Assembly: GCA_964488255.1 (NCBI GenBank) | Contig: CAZAUR010000015.1 | Location: forward strand, 6,598-70,597 | Length of the DNA: 64,000 nt | Reading direction: 5' to 3' | DNA from: an uncultured Spirochaetaceae bacterium | GTDB lineage: Bacteria; Myxococcota_A; UBA9160; UBA4427 | Shown here: piece after piece, positions 1-10,356 of the stretch | Layout of the letters: every line of letters begins with the position of its first letter | Numbering within the stretch: the first letter of the stretch is position 1 | Translations under genes and position numbers: made by a program | The notes under the pieces: model-generated | The model's input: the letters and a program-made list of their open reading frames with translations, nothing else | Told to the model about the DNA's origin: nothing | Databases searched by the model: none

Positions 1-297
1 CTCGCCCGGAGCGAGCGCGTGTCGCTGACCATCTACCGAAGCGCGAAGCACATCTACGCTCAGCTGGTCGACCCGTCTGGCAAGACCCTGGCGGCGGCGT
101 CGACGCGTGATCGCGCGATCGCTGGCGGCGGTGGGACCGGCAACGTCGAGGCCGCCAAGAAGGTGGGCGAGGCGATCGGCCGGATCGCGAAGGAAAAGAG
201 CATCGATCAGGTGGTCTTCAATCGAAACGGATTCCTCTTCCACGGCCGCGTGAAGGCCGTCGCGGAAGGGGCTCGTGAAGCGGGGCTCGAGTTCTGA
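1..297 (+). CDS. rplR: 50S ribosomal protein L18, C-terminal part (5' end outside window)
   Basis: Frame 1 is open from base 1. ...KHIYAQLVD...[25 protein letters not shown] is the conserved L18 C-terminus. It is followed by S5-L30-L15-SecY in canonical spc-operon order. Confidence 0.93.
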   Translation, partial: LARSERVSLTIYRSAKHIYAQLVDPSGKTLAAASTRDRAIAGGGGTGNVEAAKKVGEAIGRIAKEKSIDQVVFNRNGFLFHGRVKAVAEGAREAGLEF

Positions 298-298
298 A

Positions 299-805
299 AT
301 GGCATCTGTAATTCAATCTTCGCTTCTGAACCCGAACGACTACGAGTTGAACGATCGGGTCATCCACATCAACCGCGTCTCGAAGGTCGTGAAGGGCGGT
401 CGCCGCTTCAGCTTCTCGGCGCTCGTCGTCGTCGGTGACGGGCAGGGCGTCGTGGGCGTCGGGCTCGGCAAGGCGGGCGAGGTGCCCGAGGCGATCCGGA
501 AGGGTGTCGAGAAGGCGCGCAAGTCGCTGATCAAGATCCCGCTGATCGACGGGCGGACGCTGCCCCACGACGTGATCGGGATCTCGGGCGCGGGTCGCGT
601 GCTGATGCAGCCGGCCTCCCCGGGTACCGGCGTGATCGCCGGCGGTCCGGTGCGCGCCGTGGTCGAGTCCGCGGGCGTCTCCGACGTCCTCACGAAGACT
701 CTCGGCACGAAGACGCCGCGCAACGTCGTGAACGCAGTGATGGCGGGGCTCAGCGATTTGCGTGATCCCGAAGAGCGGCTCGCCCAGCTCGGTCGCTCGC
801 GTTAG
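299..805 (+). CDS. rpsE: 30S ribosomal protein S5
   Basis: ATG at 299 lies 1 nt after the rplR TGA; the track ORF 275..805 starts further upstream in the same frame. Contains [25 protein letters not shown] and typical S5 C-terminal-domain sequence. Confidence 0.95.
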   Translation: MASVIQSSLLNPNDYELNDRVIHINRVSKVVKGGRRFSFSALVVVGDGQGVVGVGLGKAGEVPEAIRKGVEKARKSLIKIPLIDGRTLPHDVIGISGAGRVLMQPASPGTGVIAGGPVRAVVESAGVSDVLTKTLGTKTPRNVVNAVMAGLSDLRDPEERLAQLGRSR

Positions 806-838
806 TCGCGAGCCGATCGAACGAGGAACCAGACAGAC

Positions 839-1036
839 ATGGCCGACAACACATCCGGGCAGACCGTGAAGATCCAGCAGGTGAAGAGCGAGATCGGGTA
901 CAACCGCAAGCAGCGGGCGACCCTTCGCGGGCTCGGACTGCGCAAGATCCGCCAGATCAACGAGCTCGAGGACACGCCCGCCGTTCGCGGGATGATCAAC
1001 AAGGTGCGGCACCTCGTCGTGGTGCTGGAAGACTAA
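839..1036 (+). CDS. rpmD: 50S ribosomal protein L30
   Basis: 65 aa; [28 protein letters not shown] matches the L30 pattern; located between rpsE and rplO. Confidence 0.93.
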   Translation: MADNTSGQTVKIQQVKSEIGYNRKQRATLRGLGLRKIRQINELEDTPAVRGMINKVRHLVVVLED

Positions 1037-1072
1037 TTCCTCAGACTGATTCCTCAGGAGTCAGGAGAACTC

Positions 1073-1510
1073 ATGCTGAACGAACTCTCTCCGAATCCCG
1101 GATCTCGTGCCGCGCGCAAGCGCGTCGGTCGTGGCCCCGGCTCCGGCAAGGGCAAGACCTGCGGCACCGGCGTGAAGGGCCAGGGCACCCGAAGCGGCAA
1201 GAAGATCAAGCCGTGGTTCGAGGGTGGCCAGATGCCCCTCTACCAGCGCGTCCCGAAAAAGGGCTTCCAGAATCGCTTCCGGGTCGAGAACGAGGTCGTG
1301 AACCTCGCGGCTCTCGCGGTCTTCGGTGACAACGCCGAGGTCGACGTGAAGGCGCTGGTCGACAAGGGGCTCGTGCGTGGATCCGGTCGGCCCGTGAAGG
1401 TGCTTGCCGAGGGCGAGGCGCCGAAGGGCCTCAAGCTCTCCGTCAACAAGATCAGCTCCGCCGCGCAGGCCAAGATCGAGGCCGCCGGCGGAAGCGTGGA
1501 GCGCGTCTAG
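1073..1510 (+). CDS. rplO: 50S ribosomal protein L15
   Basis: Has the Gly/Lys/Arg-rich N-terminus (RVGRGPGSGKGKTCGTGVKGQ) and FEGGQMPLYQRVPKKGF; located before secY. Confidence 0.95.
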   Translation: MLNELSPNPGSRAARKRVGRGPGSGKGKTCGTGVKGQGTRSGKKIKPWFEGGQMPLYQRVPKKGFQNRFRVENEVVNLAALAVFGDNAEVDVKALVDKGLVRGSGRPVKVLAEGEAPKGLKLSVNKISSAAQAKIEAAGGSVERV

Positions 1511-2818
1511 GTGCTCGAGGCCCTGCAGAACGTCTTCCGGATCGAGGAGCTCCGACGTCGGATCCTCTTCACCGCGGCGATGCTCGCCGTGTATCGGGTG
1601 GGGTGCATCGTCGTCACGCCCGGGATCAACGGAAACGTCATCCGCCAGTTCTTCTCGCAGATGGAGGGGACGATGTTCGGCTTGCTGAACGTCTTCTCCG
1701 GTGGCGCGATGGAGCAGCTGTCGATCTTCGCTCTGGGCATCATGCCCTACATCTCGGCGTCGATCATCTTCCAGCTGCTGACCGTCGTGATCCCCGCCCT
1801 CGAGCGTCTCAAGAAGGAAGGCAGCGAGGGCCAGAAGCGAATCACTCAGTGGACGCGCTATGCGACGATCGCGCTGGCGCTCTTCCAGTCCTTCCTGATG
1901 TCGATCGCCCTCGAGAACGGCCAGTTCGGCCAGGGCGCCGTCCTCGAGCCCGGCTGGGGCTTCCGGCTCACGACGATGATCACGCTGACCGCGGGCACCG
2001 CGTTCATCATGTGGCTCGGCGAGCAGGTGACCGAGCGCGGCATCGGCAACGGCATCTCGCTGATCATCTTCTCCGGCATCGTCGTCGGGCTGCCCTCGGG
2101 CATCTCGAACGTCGCGGACCTGGTCCGGACGGACCAGTTCGAGATCCTCGACGTGATCTTCCTCGGCGCGATCGTCGTCGCTGCGATCGCCTTCACGGTC
2201 TTCGTCGAACGAGGACAGCGCCGGATCCCGATCCAACACGCCCGCCGTGGAGGCAACACCGGCCAGGCCGCCGCCATGAGCTATTTCCCGCTGCGCGTGA
2301 ACACTGCGGGCGTGATCCCGCCGATCTTCGCTTCGTCGCTCCTGATGCTGCCGCTGACCGTCCGGCAATACACCGAGAGCCCGACGATCCAGCGCTTCAT
2401 CGACGAGTGGATGAACCCGGGCGCGATCTCGTACAACGTCGTCTACGTCGCGCTGATCATCTTCTTCTGCTTCTTCTACACGTCGATCATGATCAACCCC
2501 GACGACGTGTCCGAGAACATCAAGCGTTCCGGGGGCTACATCCCCGGCGTTCGACCGGGCCGCAAGACCGCGGACTACATCGATGCGGTGCTGTCACGGC
2601 TCACCCTCGTGGGCGCGATCTACGTCGCCGCGATCTGCGTGCTGCCGGTGCTCCTGTCCCAGGAGATGGGCGTGCCCTTCTACTTCGGCGGAACCGCGTT
2701 GCTGATCGCGGTCAGCGTTTCGCTCGACACCGTCGGCCAGATCGAGGCACACCTCGTCTCTCGCCGGTACGAGGGCTTCAGCGGCACGGGCCGCGTTCGA
2801 GGGAGACTCGGAAGATGA
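1511..2818 (+). CDS. secY: Preprotein translocase subunit SecY
   Basis: 435 aa, polytopic. Contains LNVFSGGAMEQLSIFALGIMPYISASIIFQLL and other SecY signature stretches. GTG start directly after the rplO stop. Confidence 0.96.
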   Translation: MLEALQNVFRIEELRRRILFTAAMLAVYRVGCIVVTPGINGNVIRQFFSQMEGTMFGLLNVFSGGAMEQLSIFALGIMPYISASIIFQLLTVVIPALERLKKEGSEGQKRITQWTRYATIALALFQSFLMSIALENGQFGQGAVLEPGWGFRLTTMITLTAGTAFIMWLGEQVTERGIGNGISLIIFSGIVVGLPSGISNVADLVRTDQFEILDVIFLGAIVVAAIAFTVFVERGQRRIPIQHARRGGNTGQAAAMSYFPLRVNTAGVIPPIFASSLLMLPLTVRQYTESPTIQRFIDEWMNPGAISYNVVYVALIIFFCFFYTSIMINPDDVSENIKRSGGYIPGVRPGRKTADYIDAVLSRLTLVGAIYVAAICVLPVLLSQEMGVPFYFGGTALLIAVSVSLDTVGQIEAHLVSRRYEGFSGTGRVRGRLGR

Positions 2819-3381
2819 GTCGGATGATCCTGCTGGGCCCGCCCGGGGCAGGGAAGGGCACCCAGGCCACGAGCCTGATCGACCGATTGGGGATCCCCCA
2901 CGTCTCGACGGGCGACATGCTTCGCGCCGCGGTCGTGGCAGAGACCCCCGTCGGCCTGAAGGCCAGGGCGGTCATGGAGGCGGGCGAACTTGTCTCGGAC
3001 GAGATCGTGATCGGCATCGCCGAAGAGCGCCTCTCCGAAGACGACGCCCGGAAGGGCTTCCTGCTCGACGGCTTCCCGCGCACGATCGCGCAGGCCGAAG
3101 CGCTCGAAGGGCTGCTCGAGAAGCTCGGCGTCGCGCTCGACTGCTGCCTCGCGCTGACCGTCGACAACGACGCGATCGTCGAGCGGCTGCTCAAGCGGGC
3201 CGAGATCGAGGGCCGCGCCGACGACAACGAAGAGACGATCCGGGAGCGGATGCGTGAGTACGACGCGAAGACCGCACCGCTGCTGGACTTCTACAGGAGC
3301 CGAGACCGCCTCGTGGAGGTGGACGGCATGGGCACCATCGAAGAGGTGGGAGAGAGGATCAAGCAAGCACTCGACCAGTGA
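2815..3381 (+). CDS. adk: Adenylate kinase (short-lid type)
   Basis: ATG at 2815 overlaps the secY TGA (ATGA). P-loop GPPGAGKGTQ and GFLLDGFPRT are present, with no Cys-rich lid. This gene is the last 188 codons of track ORF 1603..3381. Confidence 0.95.
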   Translation: MSRMILLGPPGAGKGTQATSLIDRLGIPHVSTGDMLRAAVVAETPVGLKARAVMEAGELVSDEIVIGIAEERLSEDDARKGFLLDGFPRTIAQAEALEGLLEKLGVALDCCLALTVDNDAIVERLLKRAEIEGRADDNEETIRERMREYDAKTAPLLDFYRSRDRLVEVDGMGTIEEVGERIKQALDQ

Positions 3382-3440
3382 CGAGGAGGTCGGACGGCCG
3401 CGCTTCGCGCCGGCTATCGGTCGCCCAACAGGGGTAGAAA

Positions 3441-4229
3441 GTGAGTTTCGCTGAGCGGATCGCCATCAAGAGCCGCCGTGAGATCGAGCAGATGAGGGAC
3501 GTCGGCCGGATGACGGCCGAGATCCTCCTTGAAATCCGGAACCGGGCCGAGCCCGGCATGACCACCGGAGAACTCGATCAGATCGCGGCCAGGGCCCTGG
3601 AAAAGAGGGGGTTGAACTCCCCGTTTCTGGGGTATGCTCCCGGGGGGGTAGCGCCCTACCCAGCGGTCCTCTGTGCCTCGGTCAACGACGAGATCGTGCA
3701 CGGCATTCCGGGACCACGCGAGCTCCGCGAGGGCGACATCATCAGTCTCGACTTCGGTGTGGAACACCGCGGTTGGCACGGCGACACGGCCGTGACGATC
3801 GCGATCGGTGACGTCGACCCCGAAGCCGAAAAGCTGATGGCCACGACACACGAGGCGATGAACCGGGGCATCGAGCAGATGGTGCCGGGCAATCGGCTCT
3901 CGGACATCGGGCACGCGGTCGAGAAGCGAGCACTGACAGAGGGTTACGGAGTCGTTCACCAGTTCGTGGGTCACGGGATCGGGCGCGAGATGCACGAGCC
4001 GCCCCAGGTTCCGAACTACGGAAGGCCCGGTCGCGGGCCCCGGCTACGAGCCGGGATGGTCTTCGCGATCGAGCCGATGGTGAACGTGGGAAGCGACAAG
4101 GCGAGGGTGCTCGACGACGACTGGACGGCGGTGACCGTCGACGGATCCCTCTCCGCACATTTCGAGCACACGGTGCTCATCACGGACGGCGGTCCGGAAG
4201 TATTGACCCGAATTCCAGGCTCGCATTGA
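3441..4229 (+). CDS. map: Methionine aminopeptidase type I
   Basis: 262 aa; contains VCASVNDEIVHGIP, DFGVEHRGWHGDTA, HGIGREMHE and FAIEPM metal-ligand motifs. Confidence 0.95.
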   Translation: MSFAERIAIKSRREIEQMRDVGRMTAEILLEIRNRAEPGMTTGELDQIAARALEKRGLNSPFLGYAPGGVAPYPAVLCASVNDEIVHGIPGPRELREGDIISLDFGVEHRGWHGDTAVTIAIGDVDPEAEKLMATTHEAMNRGIEQMVPGNRLSDIGHAVEKRALTEGYGVVHQFVGHGIGREMHEPPQVPNYGRPGRGPRLRAGMVFAIEPMVNVGSDKARVLDDDWTAVTVDGSLSAHFEHTVLITDGGPEVLTRIPGSH

Positions 4230-4275
4230 GCTGAAGGCTCTCATTAGGCCCTGGAACAACGGATAGGAAGAAACG

Positions 4276-4389
4276 ATGAAGGTTCGAGCGTCGGTTCGGA
4301 AGATGTGTGACAAGTGCCGCGTGATTCGTCGGCGGGGGATCGTTCGCGTGATCTGCGACAACCCCAAGCACAAGCAGCGACAAGGCTAA
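4276..4389 (+). CDS. rpmJ: 50S ribosomal protein L36 (not in ORF track, 37 aa)
   Basis: Translated by hand: [40 protein letters not shown] at 4387-4389. GGAAGAAA lies upstream. It has the C-x2-C...C-x4-H zinc pattern and the canonical position before rpsM. Confidence 0.93.
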   Translation: MKVRASVRKMCDKCRVIRRRGIVRVICDNPKHKQRQG

Positions 4390-4406
4390 GGGCGAGGACA
4401 GGACTC

Positions 4407-4784
4407 ATGGCACGAATTGCAGGCGTCGACCTCCCGCGGAACAAGCGGATCGAGATCTCGCTCACCTACATCTACGGCGTCGGTCGCAAGACCGCGCTCG
4501 ATATCTGCGAAGCCGCGGGGATCGAGCCGGGCTCGAAGACCGAGCTGCTCTCGGAGGCGGAGACCATCAAGCTCCGCGAGATCATCGAGAACGGCTACAA
4601 GGTCGAGGGTGATCTCCGCCGCGAAGTGAACCAGAACATCAAGATGCTGATGGACATCGGCTGCTACCGCGGGCTGCGCCACCGCCGCGGTCTTCCGGTG
4701 CGTGGTCAGCGAACGCACACGAACGCGCGTACGCGCAAGGGCCCGGCCAAGACGATCGCCGGCAAGAAGATTGCCAAGAAGTAG
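4407..4784 (+). CDS. rpsM: 30S ribosomal protein S13
   Basis: Internal ATG of track ORF 4314..4784, giving [26 protein letters not shown]... with a basic C-terminus. Confidence 0.95.
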   Translation: MARIAGVDLPRNKRIEISLTYIYGVGRKTALDICEAAGIEPGSKTELLSEAETIKLREIIENGYKVEGDLRREVNQNIKMLMDIGCYRGLRHRRGLPVRGQRTHTNARTRKGPAKTIAGKKIAKK

Positions 4785-4822
4785 CCGAAGCCCTCTTGCC
4801 TAGCGCCGGAGAATAGGGACAC

Positions 4823-5200
4823 ATGGTCGCCAAAAAGAAGAAGGTCAAGAAGAACATCCAGTCTGGGATCGCCCACATCCAGTCGACGTTCAACAACACG
4901 GTCATCACGATCACGGACGTCGGTGGGAACGCGATTTCCTGGGCCAGCTGTGGACAGCAGGGCTTCAAGGGTTCGAAGAAGTCGACGCCCTTCGCCGCGC
5001 AGATCGCCGCCGAAGAGGCGGCGAAGAAGGCGCAGGAGCATGGTGTTCGCTCCCTCGGCGTCTACGTGAAGGGCCCGGGCGGGGGACGCGAGTCCGCGCT
5101 CCGCGCTCTCCAGGCCGCGGGCATGAAGATCACGATGATCCGCGACGTCACCCCGATTCCCCACAATGGCTGCCGCCCCCCGAAGCGGCGCCGAGTCTAG
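4823..5200 (+). CDS. rpsK: 30S ribosomal protein S11
   Basis: Contains [22 protein letters not shown]...[14 protein letters not shown]...[18 protein letters not shown]. Confidence 0.95.
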   Translation: MVAKKKKVKKNIQSGIAHIQSTFNNTVITITDVGGNAISWASCGQQGFKGSKKSTPFAAQIAAEEAAKKAQEHGVRSLGVYVKGPGGGRESALRALQAAGMKITMIRDVTPIPHNGCRPPKRRRV

Positions 5201-5212
5201 AGCTAGCTACCC

Positions 5213-5839
5213 ATGGCACGATATACCGGTTCCGTTTGTCGTCTCTGTCGCCGCGAGGGCACGAAGCTCTTCCTGAAGGGCGATCGCTGCTTCACCGAGA
5301 AGTGCGCCATCGAGCGCCGCGCGTATCCCCCGGGCCAGCACGGCCAGGGTCGCGTCCGCTTCTCGGACTACGGCGTCCAGCTGCGTGAGAAGCAGAAGGT
5401 GAAGCGCATGTACGGCCTGCTCGAGAAGCAGTTCCGTTCCACCTACGACCAGGCGTCGCGCATGAAGGGTCGCTCCGGCGAGAACCTGCTCATGCTCCTC
5501 GAGCGCCGCCTGGACAACGTGATCTATCGCCTCGGCTACACGACGTCCCGCGCGGAAGCGCGTCAGCTCGTGAAGCACGGCCACTTCCTCGTCAACGGTC
5601 GCAAGGCGCACACGCCGAGCATGCTCGTGAAGCCCGGTTGGGTGATCAGCGTCCGCGATCGATCGAAGAAGGTCGAGCGGATCAGCGGCGCCCTCGAGAC
5701 GATGGAGGGCCGCGCGGTCCCGCAGTGGCTCGAGGTCGAGAAGGACGAGATGCAGGGCGTGGTGAAGGCCATGCCGAACCGCGAAGACATCACGTTGCCG
5801 ATCGACGAGCAGCTGATCGTCGAACTTTATTCGCGATAA
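5213..5839 (+). CDS. rpsD: 30S ribosomal protein S4
   Basis: Begins [32 protein letters not shown] and has an S4 domain ([31 protein letters not shown]). Confidence 0.95.
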   Translation: MARYTGSVCRLCRREGTKLFLKGDRCFTEKCAIERRAYPPGQHGQGRVRFSDYGVQLREKQKVKRMYGLLEKQFRSTYDQASRMKGRSGENLLMLLERRLDNVIYRLGYTTSRAEARQLVKHGHFLVNGRKAHTPSMLVKPGWVISVRDRSKKVERISGALETMEGRAVPQWLEVEKDEMQGVVKAMPNREDITLPIDEQLIVELYSR

Positions 5840-5996
5840 CGCCTTGGGCGTGAACGCTGGGGCTCAGGGCTGAATTCGCCTGGGCTGAGTCGGTCGTTCG
5901 TGCTGTTTCAACAATACTTGTCGCTCCCGCCCGTAACGGGGGCGAGCTACGGACCTGGGACGCCGGGCCGGGGCGAAAACGAAGAAGGGGGTTCCG

Positions 5997-7025
5997 ATGC
6001 AGGATGATGTCGTCGCTCGTAACTGGCGAGAACTGATTCGACCGCGTCGTCTCGACGTGGAAGAGGATTCGCTGACCTCGACCTACGGACGCTTCTATTG
6101 CGAGCCGCTCGAGCGTGGCTTCGGCACGACGCTCGGCAACGCGCTCCGCCGCGTGCTGCTCTCCTCGCTCCAGGGCGCGGCGATCACGAGCATCCGGATC
6201 GACGGTGTGCTGCACGAGTTCTCGACGATCCCCGGCGTGATGGAAGACGTCGCGACGGTCGTCCTGAACCTCAAGGACGTGCGCGTTCGCATGAACACCG
6301 AGGGTCCGAAGACGATCCGCCTGCGCAAGGCGGGCGCGGGGCAGGTCACCGCCGGTGACTTCACCTCGGACGATCAGACCGTCGAGGTCATGAACCCCGA
6401 CCACAAGATCTGTACCCTCGGACCGGACTCGGAATTCGAGCTCGAAGCGACCGTCGGCCTCGGCAAGGGCTACGTCCTCGCTGACAAGAACAAGACCGAG
6501 GAGATGCCGATCGGCACGATCCCGATCGACTCGGTCTTCTCGCCGATCCGCCGCGTGAACTACACGGTCACCCCGGCGCGTGTCGGCCGCGAGACCGACT
6601 TCGATCGGCTGAACCTGGAGCTCTGGACCGACGGTGCGATCGAGCCGGCGGACGCGATCGCATTCGCGGCGAAGATCCTGAAAGAACAGCTCTCGATCTT
6701 CATCAACTTCGAAGAGCAGGCGGAAGCGCCTCAGGCCCTCATCGACGAGCCCGAGCCGCTCAACCCGAATCTCTTCAAGTCGGTGGACGAGCTCGAGCTC
6801 TCCGTCCGGTCGGCGAACTGCCTGCAGAACGCCAACATCCGCTTCATCGGCGAGCTGGTCCAGAAGACCGAAGCCGAGATGCTCAAGACCAAGAACTTCG
6901 GTCGAAAGTCTCTCAACGAGATCAAGGAGACGCTCGGTGCGCTCGGTCTCTCCCTGGGCATGACGATCGACAACCTGCCTCCGCGAAAGGACCTCGAGCG
7001 GATGCGGGAGCAGCGCGAGGCCTAG
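5997..7025 (+). CDS. rpoA: DNA-directed RNA polymerase subunit alpha
   Basis: 342 aa; [28 protein letters not shown] in the N-terminal domain; C-terminal domain has [24 protein letters not shown]...[13 protein letters not shown]. Confidence 0.96.
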   Translation: MQDDVVARNWRELIRPRRLDVEEDSLTSTYGRFYCEPLERGFGTTLGNALRRVLLSSLQGAAITSIRIDGVLHEFSTIPGVMEDVATVVLNLKDVRVRMNTEGPKTIRLRKAGAGQVTAGDFTSDDQTVEVMNPDHKICTLGPDSEFELEATVGLGKGYVLADKNKTEEMPIGTIPIDSVFSPIRRVNYTVTPARVGRETDFDRLNLELWTDGAIEPADAIAFAAKILKEQLSIFINFEEQAEAPQALIDEPEPLNPNLFKSVDELELSVRSANCLQNANIRFIGELVQKTEAEMLKTKNFGRKSLNEIKETLGALGLSLGMTIDNLPPRKDLERMREQREA

Positions 7026-7051
7026 GACAGGCCTAGGAGTAGGAAAGAGTC

Positions 7052-7444
7052 ATGAATCATCGAAAGACCGGCAGGAAGCTCGGACGCACGAGTGCCCACC
7101 GGAAGGCACTCTTCCGGAACATGGTGACGTCGCTCCTCGAGCACGAACAGATCCGCACGACCGATGCGAAGGCCAAGGAGCTGCGCGGTGTCGCGGAGAA
7201 GATGATCACCCTCGGCAAGAAGGGCACGCTCCACGCGCGCCGCAATGCCCTGCGCACGATCCGCAGCAAGGACGTCACGTCGAAGGTCTTCGACGAGCTG
7301 GCCGAGCGCTACAAGGATCGTCCGGGCGGCTACACCCGCGTGATCAAGCTGGGTCAGCGGCCCGGCGACGCGGCGCCCATGGCCATCATCGAGCTCGTCG
7401 ACCGGGATCAGGCTGGCGGCGCCAGCGCGGAGGGCGAGGCCTGA
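7052..7444 (+). CDS. rplQ: 50S ribosomal protein L17
   Basis: Begins [37 protein letters not shown] and contains GGYTRV; terminal gene of the alpha operon. Confidence 0.95.
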   Translation: MNHRKTGRKLGRTSAHRKALFRNMVTSLLEHEQIRTTDAKAKELRGVAEKMITLGKKGTLHARRNALRTIRSKDVTSKVFDELAERYKDRPGGYTRVIKLGQRPGDAAPMAIIELVDRDQAGGASAEGEA

Positions 7445-7518
7445 GCGGCCCCCAATCCGACGCCGAAGCCGAAGCCGAAGGCGAACGGACCGAATCGCGA
7501 TCCGCCGCGGTCAGCCTC

Positions 7519-8043
7519 GTGCTGGGCGCGGCGGTCGTCGTTCTGGCGGTGGTCGCGATCCTGCAAGTCGACGCCGGGCCCGCGCCCGTCGTGCGTGGCG
7601 CGACCGCGCCCGAGTTCGAACTCCGGGTGCTCGGCGCAGCCGAAGGCACGCTCGAGTCCCGACTCGCGCTGTCGAGTCTGCGTGGACGCGTCGTCCTCGT
7701 GAACTTCTGGGCGACCTGGTGCGAGCCCTGCGAGAGCGAGATGCCCGCGATGGAGCGGCTCTACGTGGCGCTGCCTCGGGACGACTTCGAACTCGTCGCG
7801 GTCGCGATCGACGACGAAGAGGGCGTCGTCGAGGCCTTCCAGGACGAGTACCAGCTCTCGTTTCCGATCGTGCTGGACCTCGACCAGGCCGTCTATCAGT
7901 CGTACCAGACGATGGGCGTGCCCGAGTCGCTCCTGATCGACCGCGACGGGCACGTCGTCGAGCGCTATGTCGGGCCCCGGGAATGGGACGCCCGGGAGCA
8001 CGTCGCGCGACTCGCCGGCCTGATCGCGGGCGAGGGCGCTTGA
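7519..8043 (+). CDS. Membrane-anchored TlpA/ResA-like thiol-disulfide oxidoreductase
   Basis: N-terminal hydrophobic anchor. VNFWATWCEPC contains a CxxC motif in a thioredoxin-fold context; GVPESLLIDRDG is the cis-Pro loop region. Confidence 0.8.
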   Translation: MLGAAVVVLAVVAILQVDAGPAPVVRGATAPEFELRVLGAAEGTLESRLALSSLRGRVVLVNFWATWCEPCESEMPAMERLYVALPRDDFELVAVAIDDEEGVVEAFQDEYQLSFPIVLDLDQAVYQSYQTMGVPESLLIDRDGHVVERYVGPREWDAREHVARLAGLIAGEGA

Positions 8044-8275
8044 GCAGCGACGGTCGAGGGCAACCCGGGGTGGGGGACGTGCCCCGCCGGCCGCTCGAGC
8101 GCCCTGGAACGAGCCCTTTGGGGGTGAATTCGGTACCCTGCCGCCCGACCGACGATTCACGCACGCTCGGGTGAGCGGGGTGGAGCGCGCCTCGTTCGCC
8201 TGATGGACGACGGAACGAGCGGAATCCGCGGGGGAAACCCAGCGTTTTCGGCTCCGCGCCTCGCCGCGAATCCGA

Positions 8276-8599
8276 GTGAAGGGGGAGTGGGTGAGGGCGG
8301 TTGGCCTGGGTACGCTGATCATCGCGGCGCTCGCGATGACGGCGCTGCTCGATCGAGACAGCGGTGTAGGGATCTGGCTCGAGCTCCGCGATGACCTCGC
8401 GAGTGCCTCGGCTCGGGTCGACGTGCTCGTCGCGCAGAACGACTCGCTCCAGCGCGAGATCGAGCTGCTCGAGGCGGACCCGACCGCGATCGATCGTGCG
8501 ATCCGGGAAGAGATGGACCTGGCGCTGCCGGGCGAAGTCGTGGTCCGATTCGTGCCCGACGCGTCCCCGGCGTCGACGACTGGAGAAGACGGCCCGTGA
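8276..8599 (+). CDS. ftsB: Septum formation initiator (FtsB/DivIC family)
   Basis: One TM segment followed by a coiled coil (LRDDLASASARVDVLVAQNDSLQREIELLEADPTAIDRAIREEMDL). Start is uncertain (GTG 8276 or GTG 8291). Confidence 0.7.
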   Translation: MKGEWVRAVGLGTLIIAALAMTALLDRDSGVGIWLELRDDLASASARVDVLVAQNDSLQREIELLEADPTAIDRAIREEMDLALPGEVVVRFVPDASPASTTGEDGP

Positions 8600-10356
8600 A
8601 AGAGGCCCTGCGGACAGAAATCGAGAACGCGCTGCGTGCGTTGCTGGACGACGCCGGGGATGCGGATCCGCTCCCGGATTTCGCGATCGAGGTGCCCCGC
8701 CAGAAGGACCACGGCGACTACTCGTGCAATGCGGCCATGCTCCTCGCGAAGCGCCTGAAGAAGAAGCCGCGGGACATCGCCGAGGACCTCGAGGCGCGCA
8801 TCGGCGACGGCGGTGGGACCGTCGCCCGTCTCGAGGTCGCGGGTCCCGGTTTCCTGAACGTGAAGCTCGCCGAGTCCGGTTGGCAGGATCTGCTCCACGA
8901 CATCATCGAGGCGGGCGATCGCTACGGGCAATCCGAGTCCGCGGAGGTCGTCGCGGCGAAGACCGGTGAGGCCGCGCCGCGCGTCCAGGTCGAGTTCGTG
9001 TCCGCCAACCCGACCGGCCCGCTCTCCACGGGTCACGGTCGCCAGGGCATCCTCGGCGACTGCATCGCGAGGCTCCTCGAAGCGACCGGCTGGGACGTGA
9101 CGCGGGAGTACTACTTCAACGACGGCGGACGGCAGATGCGCGTCCTCGGCGATTCCGTCAAGGCGCGGTATCTCGAGAGCCTCGGCCTCGCGGCACCGCC
9201 GCCGGCGAGCGCCCTCGAGGATCCCGAGAAGCGCTGGGTCGACGAGGTCGACGGATTGCCGGTGGCCTTCCCCAAGGACGGCTATCAGGGCGACTACATC
9301 GCCGGCATCGCCGCGGCTCTCCGCGAAGCCGAAGGCGAGGGCCTGGTCGACGAGCCCGGTGAAGGGCGGTTTCGGGACGAGGCTCAGCGCGTGATCTTCG
9401 AGGACATCGAAGGCACCCTCGGCCGGATCGGCATCCACTTCGACGTGTACTACAACGAGCGCAGCCTCTACGACGAGGGCAAGCTCGAAGAAGCGATCAC
9501 GGACTTGCGGAGCGCTGGCCTCATCTACGACTCGGAAGGGGCCGTCTGGTTCAAGGCGACCGAGCGTGGGCTCGACCGCGACCGCGTGGTGATCAAGAGC
9601 TCCGGCGAGCCGACCTACCTCATGCCGGACATCGCCTATCACCGCGAGAAGTTCCGGCGCGGCTTCGACCGCGTGATCGACGTCCAGGGCGCCGACCACA
9701 TCGAGCAGTTCCCCTTCGTGCGCGAAGCGACCGACGTGCTCGGTGTCGACGGCGACTGCGTCGAACTCGTGATGCATCAGTTCGTGACGATCACGAGCGG
9801 CGGCGAGCGCGTGAAGCAGTCGACCCGGAAGGCGACCTTCGTGACCGTCGACGAGCTGGTCGACGACGTCGGCGCGGACGTGTTCCGCTTCTTCATGATC
9901 GAACGCAAGCCCGAGGGCCACCTCGACTTCGACCTCGACCTGGCGAAGGACAAGAACTGGCGGAAGAACCCCGCCTACTATGTCCAATACGCCCATGCGC
10001 GGACGCACGGGATCGAACGCAAGGCCGGAGAAGAAGGCGTCGCGATGCCCACGGCCCGGAACTTCGACGCGGGTCGCCTCGCGTTGGAAGAGGAGATCGA
10101 GCTCGTGAAGAAGCTCGCGACCTTCCCGGAGGTCGTTGCGAACGCCGCCGCGAGCCGCGAGCCGCACCACATCGCCTACTACCTGCGCGAAGTCGCGGGG
10201 CTCTGGAATCCGTACCTCCAGGACGGGGATCGCCACCGCGTCCTGTCGGAGGACGAGGGCCTGACCGCCGCAAGACTGGGCCTCGCCCTCGCGATCCGAA
10301 ACGTCCTCGCCAGCGGCCTCGCGCTGCTCGGCATCGGCGCGCCGGAGCGGATGTGA
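8596..10356 (+). CDS. argS: Arginine--tRNA ligase
   Basis: 586 aa. Contains FVSANPTGPLSTGHGR (HIGH region) and has the anticodon-binding C-terminus ending ...ERM. The start overlaps the ftsB stop by 4 nt. Confidence 0.94.
   Translation: MKEALRTEIENALRALLDDAGDADPLPDFAIEVPRQKDHGDYSCNAAMLLAKRLKKKPRDIAEDLEARIGDGGGTVARLEVAGPGFLNVKLAESGWQDLLHDIIEAGDRYGQSESAEVVAAKTGEAAPRVQVEFVSANPTGPLSTGHGRQGILGDCIARLLEATGWDVTREYYFNDGGRQMRVLGDSVKARYLESLGLAAPPPASALEDPEKRWVDEVDGLPVAFPKDGYQGDYIAGIAAALREAEGEGLVDEPGEGRFRDEAQRVIFEDIEGTLGRIGIHFDVYYNERSLYDEGKLEEAITDLRSAGLIYDSEGAVWFKATERGLDRDRVVIKSSGEPTYLMPDIAYHREKFRRGFDRVIDVQGADHIEQFPFVREATDVLGVDGDCVELVMHQFVTITSGGERVKQSTRKATFVTVDELVDDVGADVFRFFMIERKPEGHLDFDLDLAKDKNWRKNPAYYVQYAHARTHGIERKAGEEGVAMPTARNFDAGRLALEEEIELVKKLATFPEVVANAAASREPHHIAYYLREVAGLWNPYLQDGDRHRVLSEDEGLTAARLGLALAIRNVLASGLALLGIGAPERM

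Noticed and set aside
1603-2814. N-terminal 404 codons of track ORF 1603..3381
   Set aside because: This part is an out-of-frame read-through of secY (Arg/Asp/His-rich junk). Only the last 188 codons, from ATG 2815, are adenylate kinase.
5840-5996. Unusually long (157 nt) rpsD-rpoA spacer with an imperfect hairpin (GCTCCCGCCCG-TAAC-GGGGGCGAGC)
   Set aside because: The stem has mismatches and no U-tract, and I cannot tie it to a known S4 or alpha-operon regulatory structure. It is noted but not supportable as a feature.
7408-10236. 942-aa minus-strand ORF
   Set aside because: Antisense to the TlpA-like gene, ftsB and argS, with a biased Arg/Gly/Val/Asp composition and no motifs. GC artefact.
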